Assembly (NCBI RefSeq): GCF_006345805.1
Contig: NC_043020.1
Location: 2,108,001 to 2,172,000 of the forward strand
From: Octopus sinensis
Lineage: Eukaryota
Reading direction: 5' to 3'
DNA length: 64,000 nucleotides
The number at the start of each line of letters is the position of its first letter. The stretch's first letter is position 1. A model generated the notes under the pieces. The model worked only from the letters and a program-made list of their open reading frames with translations, searched no databases and was not told where the DNA came from. A program made the translations under genes and the position numbers. This document shows, one piece after another, positions 39,319-54,207 of the stretch.

Positions 39319-40236
39319 ATGGATATGCAGCGCCAAACCATAGAAAATATCGTTAAAAAATTGCACAGTTTTCTCTACGAAAACCATGACCTGCCCTTCA
39401 TGGTACTCCTGGACCGCTACGCTGCAGACGACCGGAGGTTACTCACTAGCGTTCGATACAACGGCGTCACACCATTGTTTTATGCTGCTATTACTAACAA
39501 TACCACCATAATCCAATACCTTATCACACACTGTAAGTGTCTAATCGACCAGAGGTGTTATTTCTACAACTCGGAACGGGTAACTCCTTTCTGGGCAGCG
39601 GTCGTCAAAGACAATTGCAAAGCAGCAAACATGCTCTTGGCCTTCGGTGCCAATATCAATGCCCGTGGGTGGTGGGGGTCAACAGCGTTGATTAAGGCCT
39701 TAGTAGAGAAGAATTTACAGATGGCTCGAATAATCTTGAGCTATGAAGCTAACATCGATGCTTGCACTAATGAAAGGAAAACAGCACTTATGGCTGCCAC
39801 GTTTGATATAGACTTCACTAAAGAACTGCTGTGCAGAAGTAAATACAGCTTACACCAACAAGATATATTCGGTAACACAGCTTTACACCACGCTGTTCAA
39901 AATAAGCATTTGGATGTAGCTTCGCTGCTTGTCAAATCCGGAATAAATCCATTGACACCCAACCACAAAGGTGTAGATTCCTTAACATTGGTCAAAGAAT
40001 GTCGAAAGAAATTAATGGGAGTGCCACCTGTCTGTCGGCGACTTCAATTCGCTTCTTTCGGCGAAAGAACAACTAACACTAGCCAATGCACTGACCTATA
40101 CTATTTTGATCCCGAGGAACATGACTGCCCTGACCGCGATGGTTGTGGAGACTGGGACTTTGTTGACAGTAACCCGTTGAAAGATCTTCAGGGTTTTGAC
40201 CATAATCAATTGCAGGCATCCTATTACCGGAAATAG
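39319..40236 (+). CDS. Fem-1-like ankyrin-repeat protein, paralogue 2 (about 305 aa, single coding exon, lacks the TPR/C-terminal half)
   Basis: Uninterrupted ORF with repeats NGVTPLFYAA, TPFWAA, GWWGSTALIKA, KTALMAA and GNTALHHAV, aligning gap-free to paralogue 1. A strong acceptor ttttttttcttcatgcAG ends at 39300, 18 nt before ATG 39319. Confidence 0.85.
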   Translation: MDMQRQTIENIVKKLHSFLYENHDLPFMVLLDRYAADDRRLLTSVRYNGVTPLFYAAITNNTTIIQYLITHCKCLIDQRCYFYNSERVTPFWAAVVKDNCKAANMLLAFGANINARGWWGSTALIKALVEKNLQMARIILSYEANIDACTNERKTALMAATFDIDFTKELLCRSKYSLHQQDIFGNTALHHAVQNKHLDVASLLVKSGINPLTPNHKGVDSLTLVKECRKKLMGVPPVCRRLQFASFGERTTNTSQCTDLYYFDPEEHDCPDRDGCGDWDFVDSNPLKDLQGFDHNQLQASYYRK

Positions 40237-40374
40237 AAACCTAGCATTGTTTTTTTTTTTTTTATTTTGTATGATATTAAAAATACCAAAAACACAGCAA
40301 AATTTTATTTGTTTATTAATATTATCATCATCGTCGTCGTCATCATCATCATCATCATCATCATCATTATCGAC

Positions 40375-40712
40375 GAGGAGGGTTTTCCCTCTTTCTCAAA
40401 GGTTGTCATTATTTTCGAGACAGTGCTTCTTGATACATCAAGCATTTCGGCTGTTATCGTTACGCTAGCGCCTGCCATACGAGCACCAACAATTTGACCT
40501 CTTTGAAAGTCCGATAGATCTGTCATTTTAATGAATATTAATTACATTTTTCTGATGATATCTGAAAAGAAACAGCAATTTTAGCAAAACATATTAAGCA
40601 ACACTAATAAAAATCAAGAAACAAAAATAAACAAGCTTTTGACGGTTTTATAGATATTACAAAATTATGATGGTATGATGCTAGGTGTTTCCATTATTTT
40701 GTCCAACCCCAT
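40375..40712 (-). mobile_element. Tc1-like transposon 5' relic downstream of paralogue 2
   Basis: TIR-like ggggttggacaaaataatggaaacacc at about 40710-40684; ORF MTDLSDFQRGQIVGARMAGASVTITAEMLDVSRSTVSKIMTTFEKEGK is a Tc1 paired-like HTH. Confidence 0.85.
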
Positions 40713-41131
40713 TAAATATATATATATATATAATAAATTAATAAATAAATAAAACATATGCATATATACATACATATATGTACTACCTACCTCTACATGT
40801 ATATATACATGCATATATGGGTACAGGACACCAAAAAAAAACGTCGAACACAATGAGAAACGAAAACATTAACACAAAACCATGGAAATGGACATTTTTC
40901 TTAAACAACGAAAAAATAGAGTACAGGACATACAAAACAAGGAAAATTCGCCTTCTTCAGTTGTCTTAGTTTCATCTACTCGACGTTTCGAAGGCCAAGG
41001 TGATATATATAGTGTGTGTGTGTGGTGTCTGTGTGTGTGTATGTGTGTGTGTATGTGTGTGTGTGCACGCGTGTGTGTGTGTGTATATGTGCGTGTTATA
41101 TATATATATATATATGTATGTAGATATATAT

Positions 41132-41178
<47 letters not shown>

Positions 41179-41683
41179 ATATATATATGGTGTGTGTGTG
41201 TGAGTGTGTGTATGTGTGTTTAAGTCTGTTTACCTCCACCACTAACTCAGCTGGTACTGTGTTTACGTCCCGTACTCTAGCAGTTCGGCCAAAGAATCGG
41301 ATAGAGTAAGTACAGGCGTTGATTCGTTCGATTAAAATTCTTCAAGGTGGGTGCTTGAGCAGTCGGACGGCTGAAACAAATAAAAGGACAACAGATAAAA
41401 CCACTTTAAAACATGATCGAACTAAAAAAAAATGACATCATGAGACGAAGAAGAGGAAGAGATCGGAGAGGAAGGCGAAGAAAAGAAAATGGCGGATATC
41501 GAAAGAGAAACGGGTAGAAGGCGGAGCAATGACTTCAGAGCAAATTGCTTTTGATTATTACAAATGAGAGCTGGTTGTTTTTGTTTGTTTGCTTTCTTCT
41601 CTTCTCTGGTTTTCAGCTGAGAAACAAAATTTATCAACAACAGCAAAACAAACGCTGCCTCCATCTTTACGCCTCACAAAACA

Positions 41684-41783
41684 NNNNNNNNNNNNNNNNN
41701 NNNNNNNNNNNNNNNNNNNNNNNNNNNNNNNNNNNNNNNNNNNNNNNNNNNNNNNNNNNNNNNNNNNNNNNNNNNNNNNNNNN
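41684..41783. other. Assembly gap (100 N)
   Basis: Run of exactly 100 N; true distance and contiguity across it are unknown. Confidence 0.99.
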
Positions 41784-42635
41784 TGTTATTCTATGCTATC
41801 TCACTTCATCGTCTGTTGTGGACATTAATGTTAGTCCTCCACCGTATATCTTTCTATATCATAATCTGATCAATCATTATTTAATCTTTAACCTCCGATT
41901 ATTTTGACATTTCCCGTAATTAATTTCGTGAGTGGGGGAAGCGGGCGAAATTTGCTTCCTGTTTGCATTTGATAAGTCCGGAACTTTTAAATTTGCACAC
42001 AGAGACAGAAATGCGTGTCCAGCACACACACACACGTGCGCAGTGATGTGCGCTTCTACACTTATACACATGCACATACACACAAGCTTACTGATGAAAA
42101 CGCATATATATATATACATATATATATACCACTCACACAAATTTATGTGTGTGTGTTTATGTGTATATGCATGTACATGTATGCATGTACATGTATGCAT
42201 GTATGTATAAATGACAGACAGACACATGGGCAGACACCTAGACAGAGAGACTAACAGATAGACAGATAGGTACATACATACATAGACAGACAGACAAATA
42301 AACAGATAGACAGGCAGACAAACAAGAAGGCAGACAGACGGACGAACAAATAGGAAGAAAAACAGACAGATGGACAGGCAGACAGACAGACAAACAAGCA
42401 TACAGACAGACATATGGATAGACAGACAAACAGAAGATATATACATACATAGACAGACATATAAAACAGATAGACAGGCAGACAAACAGAAAGACAGGCG
42501 GAGGACACAACAGGTAGATAGACAGAGAGACAAACAGACATACATACAGATAGATAGATAGATAGATAGATAGATGATAGATAGATAGATAGATAGATAG
42601 GTAGGTAGGTAGGTAAGTAGGTAGATAGATAGATG

Positions 42636-42735
<100 letters not shown>

Positions 42736-43883
42736 TACATATGTATGTATGCATATGCATGAATGTAAGTATATATGTAAGACGTGTCTTTTTGTCTCTA
42801 GACGATCACATATACGAATAACCTTGTTGTACGTGTGTTCGAAAAGCTGAAAACAGTGAAAAGTACATAAAACTTCCTTTTAAATAGATCTGTGTCAATT
42901 TGCCTTTTATTTCCTTTCTCTTTCTAAATTAATAATTTTGAATAAAGAAAGTCTTATTTCAGTTATTGTGGTCTCCAGCCTATCACAGCTCTACTTTTAT
43001 CTCTAGATAATTATATTGTCATCTTTTTTTTTTATATAAACTTTGGAGAATACATCATTCTTCAGATCAGACCCCTTCACTTTCAGAGTCAGTTACAATT
43101 ATCACCAAGCGATTTATTTAACTTCTCTACAAGAACGGAGCAATTTTAATAAATCGAATTCGTTATTCATATGGCATTTGATTTACATTTTTTCGACTTT
43201 CATATTCAAATTCCTTAATATTCCATATTATTTCTCGTCGTTCAATTTTGTTATGTGTGTGTAACACTGTACCAAGGACATTTGCTTCTAATTCTATTCT
43301 ATACATATATTCTTTTTTATATTTCATTTGTCTCAGACATCAGATTGCAGCCATGCTTGGGCACCGCTCTGAAGAATTTTGAGACGAATGAGTCGACCGC
43401 AGTTTTATTTTCTGTTAACCCTGGTAGCACAATGGTCATGTATTTTACTTGACTTGTCGTCTGTTTTCTTCGGTTTAATTTTATTCTATTCTGACTGTCA
43501 CTAAAGTCTTCTCTGATACAAATTCCTCATTTTGTCCTCTTCATCCACGGCTTTCTTCTCTCTTCTCTGTCTGTCTGTCTCCTCTCTCTATCTCTCCCTC
43601 TTTCTTTTTCTCCCTGTCTCTCACTAAATCTCTTTCTTTCTCTCTGTCTCTCTCTCACTCACTTTCTCTATCCTTCTTTCTCTCTTTCCTTTTCTCTCCC
43701 TGGCTTCTCTCTCTCACTCTGTTATATTTCTCTCCCTATTTCACACTTTCCTTAACTTCTTTCTCACTATGTTCTGCTCTCCGTCCCCTTTGATGTCTGA
43801 TATTTCTTCTCTCTCACAATACTTTGTTGTTTCCCCATAATCCTCTACTCCGTGCGAACTGTCTCTTTTCTATTCCATTCACA

Positions 43884-44130
43884 GTGGAGGCACATGGCCT
43901 AGTGGTTAGAGCAGCGGACTCACGGTCGAGGGATCGCGGGTTCGAATCTTAGACTAGGTGATGTGCGTGTTTATGAGCGAAAACACCTAAGCTCCACGCA
44001 GCTCCGGCAGAAGGTAATGGCGAAACTTCTACTGACTCTTTCGCCACAACTTTCTCTCACACTTTCCTCCTGCATCTTGCAGCTCGCATGCGACGGACTG
44101 GCGTCCCGTCCAGGTGGGGAACCTATACGC
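43884..44130 (+). mobile_element. tRNA-derived SINE, family C
   Basis: ggaggcacatggcctagtggttagagcagcggactcacggtcgagggatcgcgggttcgaatc head (A and B boxes). Confidence 0.8.
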
Positions 44131-44149
44131 CAAAAAACCGTAATAATAG

Positions 44150-44359
44150 GAACCGATCGAATACTCCGGAAGGTGCTCGAAAAATAAGGGGTTTACCCTA
44201 GTTCACTAGTACTGAAAAGCTGACACCCGCAGTATTATACTACTCAGCGTTGAAGCTTTGTGCAAAGGCAATAATATAAGATGATGATAATAATAATGAT
44301 AATAATAATAATGATGTATAATAATAATAATGATAATAATAATAATAATAATAATAAAA

Positions 44360-44420
<61 letters not shown>
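44150..44420 (+). mobile_element. 3' end of an R4/Dong-type non-LTR element with long (TAA)n tail
   Basis: ...RILRKVLEK* followed by a 3'UTR (ccctagttcactagtactgaaaagctgacac...aaggcaataat) homologous to the reverse complement of 54770-54850, then (TAA)n. Confidence 0.65.
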
Positions 44421-45714
44421 GTTTCATATTTTCCCGCAAGGCACACACACAGAGACACACACATACACACATGCTCGATCAGCAATAGAACATTGCATTC
44501 AGTGTTATTTAATAACTCGACGCCATCTTTTTGGTTGTCATGGCTTGTCGACAAAATTGACGTTTGTTTTTCTTTTCTTTTTTGCCATCTACAACATTAA
44601 CCGCCTTTCAAAATTGTCACAGTCACTTCCACTTATATTCTTTTTTTTTTTTTTTTAGAACTAAGCGATCTAACGATCTGTTTCGTTTTAATGTGATTTT
44701 GATCAAATTTATATTTTCTATAACTGTGTCAACTGAAGCCAAAAGTGTGGATGTAAGTGAATTAAAAGTACTTGATTCAGTTAGAGCGAGAAATGCAAAC
44801 CTCCTGACCACGGTTATGATTTGAATCTTGTTCAAATACGATTCAATCCATTTTGCGATGGCCTTTAAGAGGCGACTTCTTGCCGGGTTCACGCGTCTTT
44901 GTCAATGTCTCAGAAGCTCTGGATCCGTCTTCAAACAACTGTGCTGATCTCGTAACCTAATAGAGTTATAAAATTCCGACTAATAATGGCTTTATTATGA
45001 TTAAGTGTGAGCGTTGACTATAGAACCTTTTCAAAGAACCGTTTCAGATTCTGTCATGCTCCACTTAAGTATGTCCAGTAACCGTTGTCTTGTCTTCGTA
45101 TGCAAAAGTAGGTTTTAAATCATTTTTGTCTCTAATTTCATCAATGGCAGCTCCGCTCCACGTGCAATGTCGAAAGATGTTTTACAGAATTGCTAGAGCT
45201 TATCACCGACCTCTTTTCATCTTTGGATACAAGATACGGATAACAAGAGACCTGTCATGTCTAATGATGAAAAGTACTTTTATTTCAACAACAATAATAA
45301 CAGCAACAACAAAGATAATAATAAGAAACAAAGAAGAAAGCTGCAACGTTACCCGTTATCAACACCAACAACAACGGTGGGGGAAAGCTGCGATAAAGTT
45401 AACGGAAATAGCAACAGAAGCGATAGCAACAAAGGCAACAGTAACAACAACTACATTAGCAACAACAGTAAATACAATTACAGCAGTAGCAACAACAGCA
45501 ACGTGGAGGTGCAATGGCCCAGTTGGTTAGGGCAGCGGACTCGCGGTCGTAAGAGCGCGGTTTCGATTCCCAGACCGGACATTGTGAGTGTTTATTGAGA
45601 AAAAAACACCTAAGTTCAAAATAACATCTACAACAACAACAGCAAGGGTAACGATAATGACTGTTACGACTGCAGTAGTAACAACAACAACAACAACAGC
45701 AACAACAAAACTAG

Positions 45715-45997
45715 CACTCTGTCGGTTACGAGGAACAGAGGTCCAGTTGATCCGATCCACACGACAGCCTGCGCGTGATATTAATATACAAGTGGCTGAG
45801 TATTTCACAGACACACGTACCCTTAACTTAGTTCTCACGGAGATTCAGTGTGACAAGGCTGGCCCCTTTGAATTACATGAACAACTGGAGCAACGTGAAA
45901 TAAAATGCCTTGTTCAAGGACACAACGCGCCGTCGCGAATCGAACTTACAACCTTAGGCTCGTAAGCCGAGTACACTAACCACTAAGCCACGCGCCT
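45715..45997 (-). mobile_element. tRNA-derived SINE (family D-type head with family-C-like 3' module)
   Basis: Reverse complement ggcgcgtggcttagtggttagtgtactcggcttacgagcc...gttcgattcg...gtgtccttgaacaaggcattttatttcacgttgctccag; the 3' module recurs twice at 46040-46275. Confidence 0.7.
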
Positions 45998-46820
45998 TCA
46001 CCCCAACAAAGTAGCAAGAAAAACAGTTGAAAACTGCGTCAAGGGTACGCGTGTCTGTGGAGTACTCGGCCACTTGCACGTTAATTTCACGAGCAGGCTA
46101 GTCCGTTGGTGGGATCAACTGGAACCCTCATCATCATAACCAATGGAATGCCTTGAGAACTATGCTAAGAGTATGTGTGCCTGTGGAGTACTCGGCCACT
46201 TGTACGTTAATTTCACGAGAAGGCTGTTCGGTTGGTGGGATCAACTCGAACCCTCGTCGTCGTAACCGAGTGAGTGCTGGTTTATCGCTTATTTCCTGGT
46301 GCTTATCAGTTATTACTTCACGGGCTCCATTCCGCGGTGGCGATGGGAACGGTGGAGGCTACGGAGGCGGCAAACGCGGAGGTGATGGCGACGATGAAGT
46401 GTCAGGGAATTTACACCTATCACTCTAAATACTATGATTAGTTTGGCTTCTTGAAGGAGACAAATGATTCCCTCCTCCTCCTCCTCCTCCTCACTCACTC
46501 CCTCACTCATTCCCCGTTTTATCAACTTCAAACGTTAATTTAACAGATTAATTAAAAACAAGATGATTCGTGTGTCATTAGGTGATTACGTGCACATACA
46601 CCTATACAGCACACACACACATCACATACACACACACACGCACAGTCTCACACACAAACATACACACATCACATACACATCACACACATCACACACGCAC
46701 ACACACACACACACACACATGCACAAACACATGCCACACACACCCTGCACACACATACGTATATAGGTAATGGATATGTGGTAATATGCATCTACATAAT
46801 ATATCTGTGTGTATGCGTGT

Positions 46821-46864
<44 letters not shown>

Positions 46865-47269
46865 CATACATACATGCATACACACATGCATACATACATA
46901 CATATATATATACATATAGATATTTGTGTGCGTGTGTATGTATATAGGTATTTACATATGTGTGTATATACATTTATACGTATATTTATATGTATGAATG
47001 TATACGTATATGCGTGTATCTAATGTAAATAATGTATATATACATACATATATGCCTATACATATGCATACATATATATGTTGTGCGTCTGTATGTGTAT
47101 ATGTGTGTGTGGATGTAATTAATGAGAGGGATTGAAAGTTATCTTTAATTGATTTCATCCATCAAAAGTTGAAAACAGATACATTGACAAGAGCAGACGA
47201 TCGAAACCGTTCTCGAAGATAAGCACACGCACATGCGCACAGCAGGTAAATACATACATACATACATAA

Positions 47270-47306
<37 letters not shown>

Positions 47307-47609
47307 CTATATATATATATTATATACATATATACATATATATTATATATATATATAATATATATATGTATATATATACAAATATATATATTATATGTGT
47401 GTGTGTATGCATATATATTATTGTATATATGGGTGTGTTATCACACTACATAGGTATATCTGTATGCATAATTCATACGAACGCGCGTATGTGTGTGTGT
47501 ATATATAGTCACGTACTCAAACAGCCTAATTTCTTGATAAGAAACGAGAAATCACCAATTGTTGCGTACGTGTCCATATATATATAAATACATACATACG
47601 TACATATAT

Positions 47610-47668
<59 letters not shown>

Positions 47669-47718
47669 ATATTATATATATATATATTATATATATATAG
47701 ACTATATATATAATTATA

Positions 47719-47759
<41 letters not shown>

Positions 47760-47761
47760 AT

Positions 47762-47810
<49 letters not shown>

Positions 47811-48693
47811 ATATATGAACATTAATGACATACACTAAGAATTATATATATGTACATATACATGTGGTATGATGTGTGTGTGTGTATGTGTGTGTGTGTG
47901 TGTGTATTGTGTGTGCGTGTGTGTGTGTGTGTGAGCTTGCTTATGTATGTCTATGTTTGTGTAATCGAAGAAGGCTTGGGAACGATAGATAAAAATGCTG
48001 AAGATAATAGGAAGATAGTGAATAGGTCGCACACACACAAACATTGCAGACACAGGAATACTAAAACTTAATTTGAACTTCGTTTCGTATTCGCAAAAGA
48101 TACCTTTCTTCTGAATACGATTTCATTAGTTTTTCGCACTTTTGTTATGAATATCTCTTATTTGTCTTCTTGTATTTATTTCAGCAAACTAAATCAGTTG
48201 AATTGTGTTTCTTTGTGTTTCTTTGTTTTGTTTTTGTTATCTCCAAACGAGGCGTTATCTCTCTCTTTAAATTGAGTGAATTTTACAAAAGAAAATTGAA
48301 CGATTTTATGAACGACTTGTGATATTGCCAACGAAAGAATTGCAAGCTTGTATGATAAAGAAAGAATGATGTCTCTTGTGCAACGAGCGAGATAGGAACA
48401 ATGCTAGGGGTGAGCGTTGGTGTGGCATTCGGTTAGGTTAAGAACCTATTTAACGATGTACTTTTGTACCCGGTATACAATGAGGGTGGATCTGGGATAG
48501 CATTATCCGGATCTTTTCAGCATTTCCCTACAAAGTACTACAAGCGATACAAAGTACTGTCTGTGTGTCCTTCCTATCGCTATCTCTATCTTTATTTATC
48601 TACAACCATATTTTTAACTCACTGTCTCTCTTTTCCTTTCTCTCTCTGTCTCTTACATTTTACGTGTGTCTGTATATATGCGTATATATATAC

Positions 48694-48755
<62 letters not shown>

Positions 48756-49234
48756 TATTATAATATATATATATATATATACATGCATACACACACACGC
48801 ACATACACACACAAACGTATGTATGGATACACACACTATATAAATGCAAATGTGTGTGGTTACGTATGTGTTTAGCCTAAAAAAGCCTCAGAAATGATGC
48901 GTTCTCAAGAAAAACAAATTTGATTTTTGAAATCTGCATCTCGAAGAAAAGGGATTGTCCATAAAGAAATATTAAAGGAATATAATTTGTGACGAGAAAT
49001 TACTTTTAGATCGACGCAGGTGTAAACTAATCGGGCCAGACTTCCCTTACGGGGATGTCCTAACAACGATTCGGAGTAATTTGTTATATCTGAGATTAAA
49101 ATCGAAAATGCTGGTACCATGCACCATTACTGAACACGGTGTCAGAATTTTCGATTCGAATCTCGCGTATAACAAACTATATATTTATCCTTCTATCTGT
49201 TTCTTAACTTATTTCTCTATCTAATCACCCTCTC

Positions 49235-49640
49235 TTACTCTTTTACTCTTTTACTTGTTTCAGTCATTCGACTGCGGCCATGCTGGAGCACCGCCTTTAG
49301 TCGAGCAAATCGACCCCGGGACTTATTCTTTGTAAGCCCAGTACTTATTCTATTGGTCTCTTTTGCCGAACCGCTAAGTGAACGGGGACGTAAACACACC
49401 CAGCATCGGTTGTCAAGCAATGCTAGGGGGACAAACACAGAAACACAAACACACATACATACATATATATATATATACGACAGGCTTCTTTCAGTTTCCG
49501 TCTACCAAATCCACTCACAAGGCATTGGTCGGCCCGGGGCTATAGCAGAAGGCACTTGCCCAAGATGCCACGCAGTGGGACTGAACCCGGAACCTTGTGG
49601 TTGGTGAGCAAGCTACTTACCACACAGCCACTCCTGCGCC
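49235..49640 (-). mobile_element. SINE family A, full length, young
   Basis: Near-identical to 2084-2498 and 38543-39005. Confidence 0.9.
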
Positions 49641-49788
49641 TATCTATCCATTCACCCTCTGTCTATCAATCTGATTTTCTGTCTATCTACCCATTATCTA
49701 ATAATTTAACTGTGCCTCAACCAATCTATCTATTTAGTTAACTATCTCTAGACAGACAGACAGACACACACACACACACACACACACA

Positions 49789-49869
<81 letters not shown>

Positions 49870-50402
49870 CCAAAATGTCTGTTTATCTATTCATTTTTTT
49901 ATCTTTCCGTCTCACTATACACACCACTAGATCGAAGAACAGATAAACACTCCCTACCACTAAACACCACCATTATTATGAAGCAACCATAACTCAAAAA
50001 CATTGAATGTTTTGAAGGAGAACTCGAAGACGCAACTGTTAACGAAGAATTCACGATAGATAATAAATATTTTCCGTCGCCAACTTAACTGAGACATTAT
50101 CAACATTAATTAACCCATCAATTACACGCAATAACTGATAAAACTAAAAACTTATGAACCAAGTAAGATATTGTCAGGAAACTTCTATCAGAAATAACGA
50201 AAATCTGTGATTAATAGGCAAACTCGAGGCGCAGGCGTAGTTGCGTGGTAAGAAGTCTCCCTTCCAACCACTTGGCTCCGAGTTCAGTCCCAGTGCGCCC
50301 CACCTTGAACAAGTATCTTCTACTACAGCCTATGGCCGACTAAAGCCTTGTGCGTAGACTTGGTAGATAGAAACTGAAACGAGCCCGCTGTATGTATGTA
50401 TG

Positions 50403-50433
<31 letters not shown>

Positions 50434-50502
50434 GTATGTATGTATGTGTGTATGTATGTATGTATAGAGATAGAGACAGAGTGGGAGAGAGAATGAGATA
50501 GG

Positions 50503-50591
<89 letters not shown>

Positions 50592-51794
50592 GGATAGATA
50601 GATGGATAGATAGATATTAAGCACAGGACATACAATACAAGGAAAATTCCCCTTCTTCAGTCGCCTTTGTTTCATCTACTCTGCGTTTCGAAGGTCAAGG
50701 TGAGACACGACTTTAATGAAACATTCCTTCCCGCGAAAAGCAAATTAAATAAAATTTGAGACTTTTTTGCGGAGGAGTAAAAATGGTAACAAAAACAGGA
50801 CAGTAAAGACAGTACAAAATATAAACAGTAAAGGACAGGACAAGGCGAATAACAGTAACACAAACATTGAGAGCTGTTAAGCCAGAACGAAAGAAAAAAT
50901 ATTATGAAAGCTTTTGAGGACGGCAAGAGAGAGACAGGAAAGCCAGATAGATAGATGGATGTGGCAGGAGAATGTGTCTTTGTGTCCGCGTTTGTTCTCC
51001 CCTGCTGCCTGGAAATTGGTATTGGTGTGTTTGCGTCCGTGCAACTTAGGAGGTCAGCCGATCAATACAATAAGTACTGCAGTCGATTCGTTCGAAAAAA
51101 ATTCGTCAAAGTGGTGCCCCAGTATGGCCGCAGCCTTATGACTAAATCAAACAAAAGATAAACGATAAATTAAGTGTTAGTATTTATGATGACAAAGTTT
51201 CGAGCTGAAAGAATAGTTACCAGTTGGATAAATGCTTTGCGATATTTCTGCCTATTCTAAGTCCTGAGATCGACTTTGCTTTTCATTCTTTGGGGATCGA
51301 TAAAATAAGAATGGGTTCAGCACTGGGACCGGTTTAATAGTTTTCCCCCTTCACTCAAAATTACTGGCTTTGTGCCAAAATTCGAAAGAAAAAATGATTA
51401 TGATACGAGCAATGAGACAAAACATCATGGCAACTAGCCTAGAAATAGATAACAGGACAAAATGCTTAGCTAAGCATGACGTGCAGATCACGCTCCAGGA
51501 CCAAACATATATTGTTTCAGAGCAAACTTCAAGTGCACACAAATAAGTCTTTCGAACCGTGAATGTGGTGAGGTCGCTTAGCACATTGTATCTTTAATAA
51601 TATCAACAATACAAGAAGGCATATTCATCAAAGCTAATCGAATAAAAATATCACCGGAGGTGGTTGAATGTATATGTTACTAAGTAAATACAAATCGATA
51701 TTGTTGAGTTCTTTCAATTCATTTCCAAACATCTTCCTTTTCGAAGAAGAGGAATTTGGCAAGAAACACTGCAACATCTTTATCAATACAGGAG

Positions 51795-52306
51795 GGTTAA
51801 TATTCTGTGCAGCTAATATTCAGTACAGATGAAATGAAATGATGGATAGCTAATATTCTGTAACGGCTAAAATTCTGTACAGATAAGATGTTTTTGTAGC
51901 TTAATATCTACACCGTAAAATCGACAAAGGGAGTACAATGGAGAGTAAGGCGTGGAGAGTGGAAGTTCACTGTCCTATTTTTATAGATTTTTGTAAATAA
52001 TGCAAATTTCGCCGACGCAAAACAACACCGGCTTCTTTACCAGACTTGTTTGATCGTAAATTTCTAAATAGTTACGATTCTGTGAAGATAAGATTCTATG
52101 AAGATAATTTCTGTACGACGGACATTCAGTACGTTTAAGATTCTGTTGAGGCACGGCTTAGCATTTAAGAATCTCGCTTTACAACCCCGTGGTCTCAGGT
52201 TCAGTCTGACTGCATAGCACATCGGGAAAGTATCTTTTATAACGGACCCGGACCGACCATTACCTTGCAAGTTAATTTGGTACACGGAAACTGCATGGAA
52301 GCCTGT

Positions 52307-52342
<36 letters not shown>

Positions 52343-53660
52343 CGGTGTGTGCGTGAGTGTGTGTATATGTGTATGTGTGGGAGAGAGAGAGAGAGAGGGA
52401 GAGTGTGTCTACGAATGTGTGTGTCTGTGCATTTGTTTGTCTCCTCCACCGTTTGAAAAACCGATGTTGGTTTGTTTACGTCCCCGTAACTAAGCGGTTC
52501 GACCAAATAGACAGATAGAATAAGTACCAGACTTCATAGATTAGTCCCTGGATCGATTTTCTTTCCATTAACCACTTTAAGACGGTGCCTCCAGCTTGGC
52601 CACAGTTCAATAACTAAAACAAGTAAAAGAGAAATCTCTATAGGTAAAATTTTCAGCACAATATATCAGAACAGATATGATGATGTACGGTTAAGACAGT
52701 GTACGGATAGGATTCCGTACAGTTAATATTCTGCGCTGTTAATATTCAGTCCTGTTAAATATTCTCCGCAGATAAAATTCTGTACAGATAACGCTCTCAA
52801 CAGGTATGAGACGTCTGGCACAGCCGGTTTGGCGCCAACTATTTGGCGTCACTGATTCGATGCTGACTTATTTGACATCAAGAGTCTTAATGCTTCTCAT
52901 GTTCTCTCCCTTCCTCTTTCTTCCTCTCCTTCTCTTTCTGTTTGTTTATATAAAGATATTTCTCTTTACGTGTATGAGGAGAGGGGAAATGTTTGTGTCA
53001 CGTGTGTTCACTTAAATAAATTGTAATGTCACTTTCTCCCACTATCTCCCACTCTTTCTGTTTGTATGGGTATATTTCTGAGCTCGAGTACGTGTATGTG
53101 TGTATGTGTATTCGCCCGCCCGCGCGTGTGTGGGTGTGGTGTGTGTTCGTGTGTGCGTGTGCTCGTGTGTTTGTGGTGTCTGTATTCGTGTGTGTGTGTA
53201 TTTGATTAAAATAGCATAATCTCCAAAAGAACGAAGGAACTTTTTCTGTCTGCATCTATTTATTTCTGCACACGCGTGCGTGTATATGTGTATGTGTATT
53301 CGTGCGTGTGTGTACGTGGTATGTGTGCGTATGCATACTCATGTGTATGTGTATGTGTGTGTGTGTTCGTCCGTGTGTGCGTGTATTTGACTCAAGTACT
53401 AAACAGCCCTGTCTCCAAACGAGGCTCAATGTCCATTCAGCCGTGCCAGATCGTCTGCATTCAAACAACGACGCTTAATCATCTCATCCCGTTTCGTCTC
53501 GTTAACCTTCTAAGTTAAAGATATGATTCTGTACCAACCAAATTTCTCCACAGCTAAGAACCAGTAGAGCCATATTCTTCGCAGCTAACATTCTCCACAT
53601 ATATAATTGTGTACATTTATACTTCCGAACAGATAAGATTCTGCACAATTATATTCAATC
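51795..53660 (+). repeat. Clusters of a degenerate 15-bp repeat (attctgtacagataa)
   Basis: Clusters at about 51795-51910, 52065-52145, 52640-52795 and 53520-53655, all in the same orientation; a SINE at 52150-52630 splits two of them. Confidence 0.6.
52150..52630 (+). mobile_element. SINE family A, diverged
   Basis: Head ...caggttcagtctgactgcatagcacatcgggaaagtatc, microsatellite, and tail ending aacaagtaaaagag. Confidence 0.7.
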
Positions 53661-54157
53661 AAAATACATTATATATGACACATTGACGGACATCTTCCGT
53701 TAAAGATATAATAATCTAAATACTTTCAATTCAACTAGCTTCGTACATGTCTTTATACACTGCTGTTTCTAGGAAACGGCAGTAATATTTTTATTGCGAC
53801 GGATTGTGTTATTACGACAATGCTTTGCTACTTTCTGTCATTCTAGTTTACGATATTCCCCTTCCATTATTTTTTTGTTCTTATTCTAGATTTCAACATT
53901 TCGTTTGATGATCTACCAATCCAAATACATTGGTTACAAAACGTTTAACGTGTCTGATTTATTGACCATATGCACAAGATGAAACGGCCTTTTATTTTAT
54001 TTCTATTGATTTATACGCCATCTTTGATTATTTTAGTCATTTGCTTCGTACATAAAAGACATAGTAACACATTATAGGTGCACCACACGCACAAACACTC
54101 ACATATATACACGACAGCACACACACATACAAACACCCGTACACAACATATATGTAC

Positions 54158-54207
<50 letters not shown>

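Noticed and set aside
40940-41000. GAAA...CTGAAGA order on the minus strand (also about 50640-50700, 7975-8020, 60420-60460) as type-II hammerheads
   Set aside because: Helix I and/or helix II cannot be formed canonically and the UH site is inconsistent between copies. They may still be PLE-terminal sequence but are not supportable as ribozymes.
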